NCBI GenBank assembly: GCA_976226885.1
Contig: OZ320316.1
Location: 81,964,001-82,028,000, forward strand
Length of the DNA: 64,000 nucleotides
Source: Iphione sp. A-MEVVRFRX5
Taxonomy: Eukaryota
Reading direction: 5' to 3'
The stretch's first letter is position 1. Each line of letters opens with the position of its first letter. A program made the position numbers and the translations under genes. Below, one piece after another: positions 1 to 11,300 of the stretch. A model generated the notes under the pieces. That model worked only from the letters and a program-made list of their open reading frames with translations, made no database searches and was not told the DNA's origin.

Positions 1-1151
1 ATAAAGAGTATATATAGGCGCATCTCTTCATTTCTTGTTTCCTTATTACTTTTTGTGGTAATTGATTCTCGTTAAAACATGTTCCACGATAGAAAATGAT
101 GGCGAGCAGTACATACATTTACATTGATGTCTTACATGGATGATGGTTTCGGGCATTTTGAGGCTCATGGATTTTTGGGGTCATTAAACGGTTTAGTACC
201 TAAACGAACTAGTTTAGTAGCTTAACGAAATAAACCGAAAATGAGTGCGAATCGGACGCAAGAATGTATAGTGTTCAAAAGATAAAGAATTTTTCGAGTG
301 ATAAATTTCATCTATTAAGTTTGGGTCACGAAGGTGAGAAGAACTGTCTTCATAAATTCCCTACGTTCCTCCTTTTTCTAGCTCTACAAAGTATCCATTA
401 GAAGGTAAAATATAAATGCGTCCTATTTTCTACATTTCCTGGATGCCCTCTGCAGAGAGGCGGCAGCATAGGTCAGATCATTCTTTTCCTTCTGCCCCAC
501 CTGCTTCTGCCCCTCCTCATCCGTCTCCATTCCCCCCAAGGAGAGGACAGCCTCTCTGTCCAGTTCTTGACCAGCCGCTCCCCTGACCAAGACACTTATT
601 TTCATCGCACTTGCAAACTGACCAGTGGCGCAGTGTATCTTTATAGGAATGAGTAACTGTTGAGACCTTTGTATATAGGAATTCGGCCTACATCACAGGC
701 CCTGACATGGAGGTCTCTCATTTTCAGACCCAGCGAGCATAATCTCACCAACGGCGAAAAGAGGGGAAAAACGTTCAGAGAGAGGCACGTCCTCGTAGCC
801 TGCGGGTTGTAGCCCCTCTCTTAGTCCTCTGTAATACTCCTCAATGCTTGCCCTTAGAATATTAAGAACATAGGTCCCCTCGGCCTTCTTTGATTCCCCC
901 GCAAGTTTTAGATGAGCCATACACATTTAATTGCTCTTTGGGATTGTTCCTTTTAGTTACTGTAAAGTATAAGCGATAACAGCGAATAGTGAACTAAAGG
1001 CACCCGTTAATAAGATAAAGGCGATCACATTTCCCAAGTTTGTTCGGGAAGGCCTTTTGGGAAGAAAGTGTAGAGGGAACATCATGTTGGGCTCCAATGC
1101 TCTCAGTTGGCCTTCTCTGTCAACCCATCTCGATAATTTGTACATATACCA

Positions 1152-1575
1152 TGAACATTTTAATACCAGGCTAGTTTGGTCCCCATGATGGACTGGTCTC
1201 TCCTCTGGGTTATTGGGAAGTAGATTGGTCTCTGCTCAGTGAATGTACACATAAATTCATGAAAATGTACATGCACATTTATTGATTAAATATTAAATGG
1301 GTAAATAGCAATAACCATATAAAATTGTTTTAATGGAAAGCATTAAATATTTGAGCCCGCCTTCATAATTTGCCCATACACTGTGAACATTTTAATACCA
1401 GGCTAGTTTGGTCCCCATGATGCACTGGTCTCTCCCATGGGTTATTTGGAAGCAGTTCAGTCTCTGCTCAATGATTGTACACATAAATTCATGAACATGT
1501 ACATGCTTATATATTTGATTAAATATTAGATGTGTAACTAGCAATAATGATTTTAAATTGTTCAAAAGGAAAGTG
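1152..1575. repeat. Diverged tandem duplication, ~232-bp unit, about 2 copies
   Basis: tgaacattttaataccaggctagtttggtccccatgatg occurs at 1152 and 1384, with continued similarity after it. Confidence 0.9.
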
Positions 1576-1728
1576 TTGGCATTTAAATTTTGTCAATCCT
1601 GGTCAACTGTAGTATATTTCATTCGTACATTTACCATACATAGTGCTGCCATGTACGAATCACTTACGACAAATAGTTTATTATATATGTATGAATATTT
1701 ATGGATTTGGTTGGGTTAAATGTTTCCA

Positions 1729-2233
1729 CCATTGTCTTGTTTACGACAAAAGGATCACTGCTTTAAAACAGCATTTTCATCCGCTATTTTGATTGCCCTG
1801 TTCTAAAGACCGTTATTCTGAAGTACTCCCAGAAAAACATTTGCATGTGTTGCTGTTCATATTTATCCCGTATTTATTGTGTGTAAATTGCAAACCCACC
1901 CTGGAACAGCAATATGTCCGATAGTCGGTCAGTCTTTAACCTCTGCTATCACACTGGAGGCGCCTAGCAGTGGTGATGTCGCCATTGTCTTGTTTACGAC
2001 AAAAGGATCACTGCTTTAAAACAGCATTTTCATCCGCTATTTTGATTGCCCTGTTCTAAAGACCGTTATTCTGAAGTACTCCCAGAAAACCATTTGCATG
2101 TGTTGCTGTTCATATTTATCCCATATTTATTGTGTGTAAATTGCAAACCCACCCTGGAACAGCAATATGTCCGATAGTCGGTCAGTCTTTAACCTCTGCT
2201 ATCACACTGGAGGCGCCTAGCAGTGGTGATGTC
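1729..2233. repeat. Near-identical tandem duplication, 253-bp unit x2
   Basis: ccattgtcttgtttacgacaaaagg...ggtgatgtc starts at 1729 and at 1982. Only a few substitutions were seen. Confidence 0.97.
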
Positions 2234-2454
2234 ACGTTGGCCTGCCTGTTTACAGGCGTTAACCTTAATAAAGTCTTCGTTTGTCAATGAGTATTTTTCA
2301 CTTACTGATGCGAACATTTGGTCCACTGTCCACTGTCCACACAGCCACTGGAAGTAGACCACTACGGAGGCCGATGGGTTGGGGGGATACCATTAGCAGT
2401 ACGCTTGTTTGTCCGACCTTTCTCAAGTTACCCGAAACGCGCGCCTCTTGGAGC

Positions 2455-2546
2455 CCCTCCCTCCCTCCCTCCCTCCCTCCCTCCCTCCCTCCCTCCCTCC
2501 CTCCCTCCCTCCCTCCCTCCCTCCCTCCCTCCCTCCCTCCCTCCCT
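2455..2546. repeat. (CCCT)n microsatellite
   Basis: About 23 perfect copies. Confidence 0.99.
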
Positions 2547-5499
2547 GCTGGACCTACCCCCGTAGCATTGAGAAGGTCCATTGGAGACTTATTGCTAACA
2601 TAAGAAGATGGTCATTAGCCACAAGACACGTGAACGTGTGCGTGTGGGAAGCCGCGGATCCGCCACTATTGACTGACCAACAATAGTCGTGTTACGGTGC
2701 CTTGGGCTTAGCCATCGACAAAGGACACCCCGCTCAGGGTTTACTTGGGTGGACAGCGGCAAAAACCGCTCGCTCCTGCGCCTTCCCGGGCTCCATAGAG
2801 CCTTCGGTTGCTTGTCAAGCAGTGGGTTTTCCTTCACGCCGGCTCGTGTCCATTGAGCACATCGGCGAGCCCTGCCTCCGGTACTCGACCGAACTAAGAG
2901 ACGTAATGGGTAGGATGCACCCATAGAACAGGCGCATCCGCCGATTTTGTCGCTTTTTCGCAGAAGGATGCGCCACCCCCGTGCAGTTCGGCCTGTTTAC
3001 CCACCAGTAGCTGGCGTCTTTTAAAAGAGACCGCTTGAGTTGTCGCAATTCCCTCCCGTTCTTCAATCAGGAAGTTGCTGTGCGTTTGCCAGGCAGCAAA
3101 GCCTGCAGTTAAGTATCTTGGTGAACTTAGAGTACATAGTGAAGTCAAAAAGGTTCTCTCATGTATCCTTCGTTATACGTTTACTATTTACAAGAACCTT
3201 TACCTTGCACGTGTACCTTCGTTGAGGAAGGTAATGTTAGTTGCGCGATAAGGATAAGGTTCATTGATGGAGCATTTTCTTGCACCTTGCATGAGTGCAT
3301 TGTATCTGGCTGAAGCGAGGCGGAAGACAAACGATGCTTCCGTGCAAGCTCACTCAGCTGGCTGATAGCGCCGCGCCCCCTGCAGGCTCGAGAGGGAAGC
3401 TGGCCAACGCCGCACAGCCAGGAGGTGACTGTGACAGGTATTCACCAGACGAATTAGCCAGCGCGTCCTTGGGGGTCAGTTTGAAATATGGCTTCCTACC
3501 AGGCCGCGGAGAAGTCTGGGATTATATGCTTCAGCTGGTCGCTGGCCCGACTGCCCAATAGATTGGACAGGCGGGCGCATTTACTGAGGACCACGACGGC
3601 CGCGTGTCGACCGGGTCACGCAGCGGTCCTCCCCCGGATCGCATGCTGACCATGAAGTAGCGCTGGACAAATGGACGGATCGCCGTTAGGCGGCCACGGC
3701 CCCCAATGGCGCCCACTGCGGTGACACTTGCAGTGAGATCCATCAGCTGAAGCGAGAGAGTTGCTCGCGTTAAAGCGAGGTGCTCAAGAACATGGGGAAG
3801 GCCCCGCTGAGCCGGTACTCCCCAGGCTCAATTGCAGTGGGAGGGACGGCGACGCTAAAAGAAGCCCCTTTTGCCGGTAGAAAGGTTGGCCATGTCCAGA
3901 GTGCTGGGAAAGAATGAGCAACATGACACTGGTGTTGTGAAAGTGGCAGGTCGAAGGAAGGTATTCCCTCAGGGCTGTTGACAGTTCCAGGTGTCTGTAC
4001 AGCCTCGCTCCACCCCCAGGCGTGTTGCCCGTGCGCCAGCAGTGGAAGCCGTCCGTCAATTAGTCACCTCACCAGGAAACGCCGTCGGAAATTGATGGTG
4101 CATGCTACTTTTTATCAGACACTGGCCAAAGAAACTCTACTCGAAGCAGAAAAAGTGAAGTGATGCTGGACGAAGACGGTAGTAATCTCACTCCAGAATC
4201 TCTTTCTTGTGTGTTGCTAAGCGGAAATTAGATCCAAATGTATTAGGCTTTATCTTTAAAACACAATGCTGATGGAAGCTTAAATCCCGGAGATATGAGA
4301 ACTGATCAGTGATTTCAGGGTCTGGCGTTACTGAAACCAGACGTGCGTGATTTTCATCTCGGGAAAAGCACGGACAATTAAAATGAAGTCATTTTTAAAA
4401 CGTAAAACCTTATCAGAAGCATCAGGTCGGTAGTAGCCTCATTACTGTTGCTGATACTCCCTTCAGTGCTTAAGCTTCATTCTTACTGAGGCAAAAATAC
4501 AATACAGTGATTGTGATTGATGATAGTGTGTAGCATGTTGCTAAGCCGTGTCCGACGTTTAAAAAATCTGATAAAGAAGAAAACAAATCTACCATCAGAT
4601 ACGCACTCAGTGATAAAGCCATAGTCAAATTACTTGCTTCAACAATTGAGCAGGCCTTGAACCCCTCACCTGTCTAAATTAAAGACGGTTCCTTTTCGCA
4701 TCATTTGAACGCAGTCTGTATTGGAAAGAATCTGAGAATCTTTCACACCCATGGGCACTATGTTCAGATAGGCCTAATGATGACAATCCTGTTTCTGCCG
4801 TACCTTTTATTTTGTAGTAAAACTTTTTTTATCAGATTGGATAGAATGATTATAAAAATCATCGGTACCGTACGACATCCCATTCTCAAGGAAGAAGGCA
4901 GACTCTCATTTGGCTTAGATTCCCTTGGAATACGAAGAGTGCCTAAAGTAATGAGAATAACACATAGTTGAGTTATGACAAGTGAAAATATTTCGATGCA
5001 AAGGCCAACGTCTAGAAGATAACATTCAACATTAGTACACGTAATGTTATGAAAAGTAAGCACAGTATTCACTTTAGTGGCCCACAAGTAGGGTCGCCTA
5101 GGGCGCACAAAGCTAGTTTCAATCCTGAGTATCGAGCGTTGCGTTAAGGACAGAGGAAGACAGCTCCCTTCTGACATCGAAGACAGCATTAACATCTACG
5201 GTGGCACCTCTGTGAAAGAAGACCCCCTCTATCAAAGGCCGCGTTTCTTTCAGAATAGTATGAATTGCTGTACACATACTGTAAGATCCACTCTCCAAAG
5301 CCCCCTTCTTATATATAAAGCCTTTTTTAATAAAGAACTATTGGTGCTCTTTGCAGAGCGATTCTATGATAGTTACGATTGAGTTTCCTGGGCGTTATGT
5401 TACTGTTGTATTGTATTTTCGGTTAACGCTTATACAGAAGTATTTTTTTCGAAAAATCATAAGTGGACAACATGTGTACATCATGGCAGAAGTAATACA

Positions 5500-5676
5500 G
5501 TGGAGACTCAGTTAAAGATCAAATCACTCGGGAGACCGAACCGGGGGGAAAACCCGATATTTCAAAGGCCAAGTCAGGTTTATTCCTCTTTAATCATGTT
5601 TTGCCTAATGAGACCAAACCAAGGGAGAGACCAGAACCATCCACTCCCTGGCTTGGTCTCCAAAGCGGGTCTCCAC
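5500..5676. mobile_element. Small palindromic MITE-like element
   Basis: Terminal inverted repeat gtggagac/gtctccac, plus an inner inverted pair gagaccaaaccaaggga/tccctggcttggtctc. Confidence 0.4.
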
Positions 5677-8301
5677 TTATTCCTATGTTTATGATTAGCT
5701 GTTACATTGACATAATCCATTAGCTTTCATTTATTAGGGTTGAGGAAGCAGGTGAAATGACGTTGACAGCCATCGTAGCTGCCTCACTGCCTTAGTACAG
5801 GTTCATAACTCCGCTGTTACATGTCTGTCCACAACTACGTCATTTCATCATGTCAACAGACTTCACCATAGGCATCTATACATGTACATAGGTACTCTTC
5901 AGACCGACGGTACCGGAATCATTTCACTCGTGTATTCAGTTGATATCCACGACCACGACCAATGAAATCCTAAAAATGTGTTTGGAGCAGTTTATCGAGT
6001 TCACTTAGGAACAAGTTTGCTTTGCCATCGATTGGTTTTGAACAAAGTCCTACACACTGATACAAGGACGAAGGAGCTTGATTTATGGAGGAATATTACT
6101 GTTTCCTTCGTTTGGTACAGGGGTTTAGCATGTTCGGCCGCAGTAAGCCCGCGAGGCTAGCAAATCTGTCAACACTACTGCCCGTCATTCTCGATTTGCC
6201 CGCATACAAGACGACAACATGTACATAAAAGGATAAAAGTGATACATTGGGAATATATATTTCATCTCGGCGACGATACGCCGTGACGTGCTCTAGTAAA
6301 ACCCACTGGACGGACACTGGAATTCGATTTAAGTGGCGATATCGGAAGGCAGCATCATAAGAAACCATCAAGTGTCGTAGCGAACACAGATGACATTAAG
6401 AGGTAAGGTTGGTGCTAGCTGATGCGGCAGTAGCCATTCGCCGCGAGGGTGGTCCAGCCAGCGCCAACGCATAATTGGCTGTGCTGCTGCAAAGAGCTTG
6501 CGGATCGGATAATGATCAGTGCTAACCTAATGTAGCCCGTCAGTTTCATCTCGGCCAATTGAGGCGTTTCCCACGGGCCGGAAGGTGGTCTTTGCCTTAA
6601 CAGACGGGAAACGGGCGCTGCGACCCGCCTGAAGCCGTGGCCTTGCCAGCTCGCCCGGTTTATCACTGTCGGCTGGCTGGTCCGTCCTGCCCCAGCAGCC
6701 GGCAGCCAGCGTGCGCTAATGAGCCGTATTTCACATGCAAGGGGCTTGCCGTTACCCACCGTCTGCCACTCGCCACCACATAATTAGCGCTATCATTAGG
6801 CGTCTAGTCAACAGGCTAGAATGCCGATCATTCCCGTCAGGCCGAGACAGGGGCCTATTGGCTGGCTTGTTGACGGCCAGCAGGCGTCTCTCATAGGCTC
6901 CCACAATTCGCTGCTACGTATGTGGCTATATTACCAGTCTACTAAGGCCTCCGGAAGGGGGCTCACTCCCGCCCACCCACCTACCTACCCTCCCTCTGTT
7001 GCCCAGCTTGACCGCCGGGCCCAGTCGCTTGGAAGCCACCTGCAGCCGGATACGCCGGGAGTGACCATAGTTAGAAGCCACTACCAACGCTGGCGACAGC
7101 TACTGACGGTTTGGCAAGGTAGATCTGGATATCTAGCTTCACAGGCCGGCATTTCCATTGTTTGCCTAAAGGCGGTAGACAAGAACCGCATGCAGCATGC
7201 AAGTGACATTGGAACTTCCTTTGGATAATATTACCTCTGTGTGGACTCAAATACATTGATTTTTTTCGCCATTGTCTTTGGCCCTAAAAACGAACGCTCG
7301 TACGTAAACTTTCGACCCTGGCGACTGCCTGAAAGAATTACTGACAAAGAATCATATGTGTGGAGTACCTTGTTTCTTATTTGAAGGTTAGTTCATGCTT
7401 TGAAAGAACCTTATGAAATGGCTTTGGAATCCCCTGGTTATCTTAGTTGGCAGTGTCTAATTCAAATTGCCGCAATGTAAGTAGCTTTTCCATTACGACA
7501 ACGTTTTGTTTCGTCACCAAGTGTGACCACAACAGATTAGAACGGAGTATAAAGACCACTTTCGCCAATATTTGTGTAACATATCTTGGTATAAAACACC
7601 TCAAGGCAGATCTGATTCTCCCTCCTAACAAATATGAATAAAAAGCAGTTGGGTGTACCGTCACACATACAGCCGCTGCTCTTTTAGAAAATGATGCCAA
7701 TCACAACTTTTTATTCGCAGAGGTAACGTTGAGATAACAGCCATTTGCTTGAATGGCCGCTGCGTCTGCCGCACAGATGTGACCATTTGGACGGAAAAAA
7801 GTGGGCGGAAGGCTTGTCAAGGCCGCAGCCTGAAGCACACAGTGGTGCCAGTGGCGCCGCCCAGCGTCCTCAGACTCAGAAGTGTCACTTGTAAATTGTG
7901 GTCCACTCGAGGGTAAGCCGGCGGGTGCCTCCTGCTACGAACACATCATCGACTGTGGTCCGAAGCAATCAGAGGGCCTTCCGGGCTGTGCGGCCGTCTG
8001 CCACCAAGAAGGCAATTTATGCACGTTTAAGTGGATGCTGGAGTGCAGAAGTCATAGCTAACTAGACCAAATAAGACCCAAAATACAGCAGTGATTGCCG
8101 GAGATAAGCCCGGCGTCCATACCCCATTACACGACTGAGGAGAGCCTTTGGAAGGTTGTAAGAAACTATTAGCGATGCAGCTGTATTTTTGTTGGGCATA
8201 CGCTTGTATGAACATGGTTGTCATGGATACTGCAAAGATAGATATTTTGTATTTAAAATGATCAAGATGAGAATGTAGTGTAGTGTTTTTCTTTTCTGCA
8301 G

Positions 8302-8329
8302 ATATAGACCACTGACCTACTTTGGCGAG
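8302..8329 (+). CDS. MGAT1: Probable MGAT1 28-nt micro-exon, (x)YRPLTYFGE
   Basis: Strong acceptor gtttttcttttctgcag and donor GAG|gtaata. It is open in one register and ends in phase 0, matching both stem exons. There is no homology proof beyond the phase fit and splice signals. Confidence 0.6.
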
Positions 8330-11300
8330 GTAATAGATTGCTAGCGATGTTCTCTACCGCATACAGTTTCATACGTGCGTGGGTAGATCTCCGACAGCAA
8401 AGAAGCTGATATTCATTGTTCTGTAATTATCCATGCTGTTTGATGTGTTTGCACGGTGTTTCAGACCGCTGTTTTTATGAGCCAAATTCAGAGGCCATCT
8501 CCGAACAGCATGAGCAAATCTAGTTGATCTCGGATGACGAAAAATGTAGTCAGTACTTCAATACCGAAGCCTATTAATATTCAATAGTCTTTTACAGTTC
8601 ACCATTGTAAATTAATGATGTGTCAGTCCAGCCTGGAATACAAAACGAACAGGCTAATGTGGAAAACGTGAATGGATTCTTCCTTTTCACTTCATCGCTT
8701 CGACACCAGCGCTTCCTCATTTGAAAGTCAGCTGTAGAATTCAAGCCATTCCTTTTTGCTGTTTTCCCAACCGGATAGCAAGATATAGTTATACATGATA
8801 TGAGCTAGTTTGCTTAAGATTCCCTCACCTCCGAGCTTATGCACTGCTAAGTAGGCTCAATGTATAATAAAAAAAATCATACAAAAGGGTTTTTTATATT
8901 GATGACCTAAGCATCTTCACAATGTGCATGTTTCAAGAGTTAACAAAGAGGACATTTCATGTAACCTTGATAACTTACTTCCCAAGTTAGTAGAACCATG
9001 ATATGAATGGATGGGGCCAATGCATTCGTATTTTCCCTAGCCAAAGGCAAGTGAAGCGTATCATTAGAGTAGCTCATTCACTCAAGTCTGACATAATTAG
9101 CATTCGTTTCTTTCTCCCTAACGAATCATATGCGAGTACATACTGAACACCCGAAACCCGTAGTGAAGAAAGCTCATGTCTGCCCCACGTATAGGCGAGT
9201 TATATTTTTTTCTTGTTCGAAGCTGCTACTCCAGCGTACTCCCAACTGACTAGACTGCGACGGTAGAAAAAAAAGTAATTCAGACCTCATTCGTCCTTAC
9301 TTTGTCCTATCAGGAAAACTAAATAAAGTCCGTTTATTTCTCTTGGCACCCGTGCCGCGCTGCCTGAGGGCCTCATGGCCACTTAATATGTGAATAGAGT
9401 CATGCGCCAGCTCGCCGTGGGAGGGCGTCTGCATCGAGGCGATGACGGCGGTTATTTTCCGCGCGGCTGGCCGCTGGATGTAGAGCGCCCACCCGACACA
9501 GTCTTCAAGGGCGATTTGCTGGACCGGCAGGGGCTCACACTAAAGAGATAACTCAAGAACGTTTACGAGGCTGTCCTGTGGTTGACGACCTAGTTGGATA
9601 GGATGGGATGGCATGAGAGTTCCGTATCCTCTCCACCTCCAATGGCCTTGGACTGCGCCTTTGGTCCCCAGTGCTTTGTGCCACGAGCAAACAGAGGGGA
9701 AAAGCACAGAAATAAGGGATGCAAACCGTTAGCTTCTTGGCTTCTCCAGCGAGAAATGACACGCAGCTGTTTTGCATTACGAGCGTTCTATCCAAAGCGA
9801 AGTCGTCTGGATCGGTACTTGTCATTAGCCTCTCTGAAATCGCACCGCCTTAAAACCTGTTCAGACTTTCCTTTGAATATCACGAGCACCAAAAAGGATC
9901 GTTATCTGCCATTGATGCTGGATTGTCCTGTCCGGTCGCAACCTCGCGGAAAAACTCCGAATGCATTGACAATTTTGTTTGTTCTCCTCACAAGAATTCC
10001 TCCACAGAACCTGTGCTTTTATTGATTCTTCAAGGTTCACAAATGAATGCGTTAAAGGAGATCGGCCTTAATGTTATCATGCAAATTAGGAGGGTATAAT
10101 GAACTAGGTTATCCTTGAGGCGTTCTCCGGCTGCCCTCCCTTGACGCTGGGCTCCACTCGCTAGTAGCTGTTGCCCCCTCATTTAAATACTAATGACACC
10201 ACTGTGATATTTCAAGCGCAGCGCAAAACGGATCAGAGACGGATATAACTTGTGGATCTCCCATCAAATATCGTCGGCGATTACCGCCCGCCACATTTTC
10301 CGGGGATGATAACCGTGACGCCTCTCGTTATCATGATATATTCTACTTTAGTTAGACTGTAAGGAAGGGAGTGAAATTGGACTCGTCGCCTCTCGAGTGG
10401 GCGTGGCTCACTTCATGGCAAAAACCTCAACAAGTTGCTGCATGCCAAAGAAAGTTGGTCTAACAGTACTCATTTAAACACATTCTCTATAGTTAGAAAA
10501 CACAAACTGCAATTCCACCACACAGACAGATACGTTTAACCAGTACCACCAAGATATCGCTCAAGCAGTGACTCATCAAAAACTATTTTGTTAAAAGCCG
10601 AACACATACACTTCTGTCCTGTGTTGTTGTGGCTTTTGTATGACGTCTACTGTCGAGATAGGCCATGCAGACAATGGTGCATCCACATTGGTTATTACCA
10701 TAAGATTACGTTACGATTTGTCAAATCGGATGGCCTATATTTCAGAAGTATTCATTCGTCCCACAATTCTTATTATTCTGTCTATATTCAATGCTAGGTA
10801 TATCTCTTCTGTTTTCTCCGCGAGAGTTTCTTGTTTCCAGGTACATTTATTATGATAGTACATGTCCAATGTGTACATTTTGTATTCCTAAAATGTTTCC
10901 ACATACATGTGTATATATCTCTATAGATACTGATTTAACTGATAGTTCCTAGCCGAGACTTAGTTGCCTTCAAAGCTAGACCAACAAGAGGAACTGTTTG
11001 TTCCTGCTTTTGAAACAGACAGTGTCGTATTCCAATTTTTGAAAAAACAGGCGAAAGCCTCTCTTAATGATGCGACCGTGGGCTTCTGGCTTCAGGTGGT
11101 TGCTGCCAATAAAAAAAGTGTCATATTCCATGTAAGTGGTTATGACAATAGAACAATAGTTAGGTTGTAAATACCCAAGTACGTGGCTTGCAAAGCATGA
11201 GACAGACTGAAAGACAGACGGACAGGCACGCGACATATTGTGGCCTTTCTTCATTAAAAAGTTTTAGAAAACTTAAGTAGGAGTAAAATTCCAGTTTTAG

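Noticed and set aside
1-2280. Mitochondrial control-region/NUMT look (TACAT motifs, tandem duplications)
   Set aside because: No mitochondrial tRNA, rRNA or ORF flanks it, and TACAT/ACATGT motifs are common throughout the window.
2281-2686. ORFs with PPSL repeats
   Set aside because: These are translations of the (CCCT)n microsatellite.
2815-3148. LWVHP resembling a Harbinger transposase N-terminus
   Set aside because: A single short motif with no DDE region downstream.
8465-8523. Possible third degenerate stem exon (AISEQHEQI resembles ISEQVAEHE)
   Set aside because: Wrong start phase, an in-frame stop and no donor; the similarity is near chance level.
11090-11200. YLGI...W.. LINE-like fragment on the minus strand
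   Set aside because: Too short and degraded to call.
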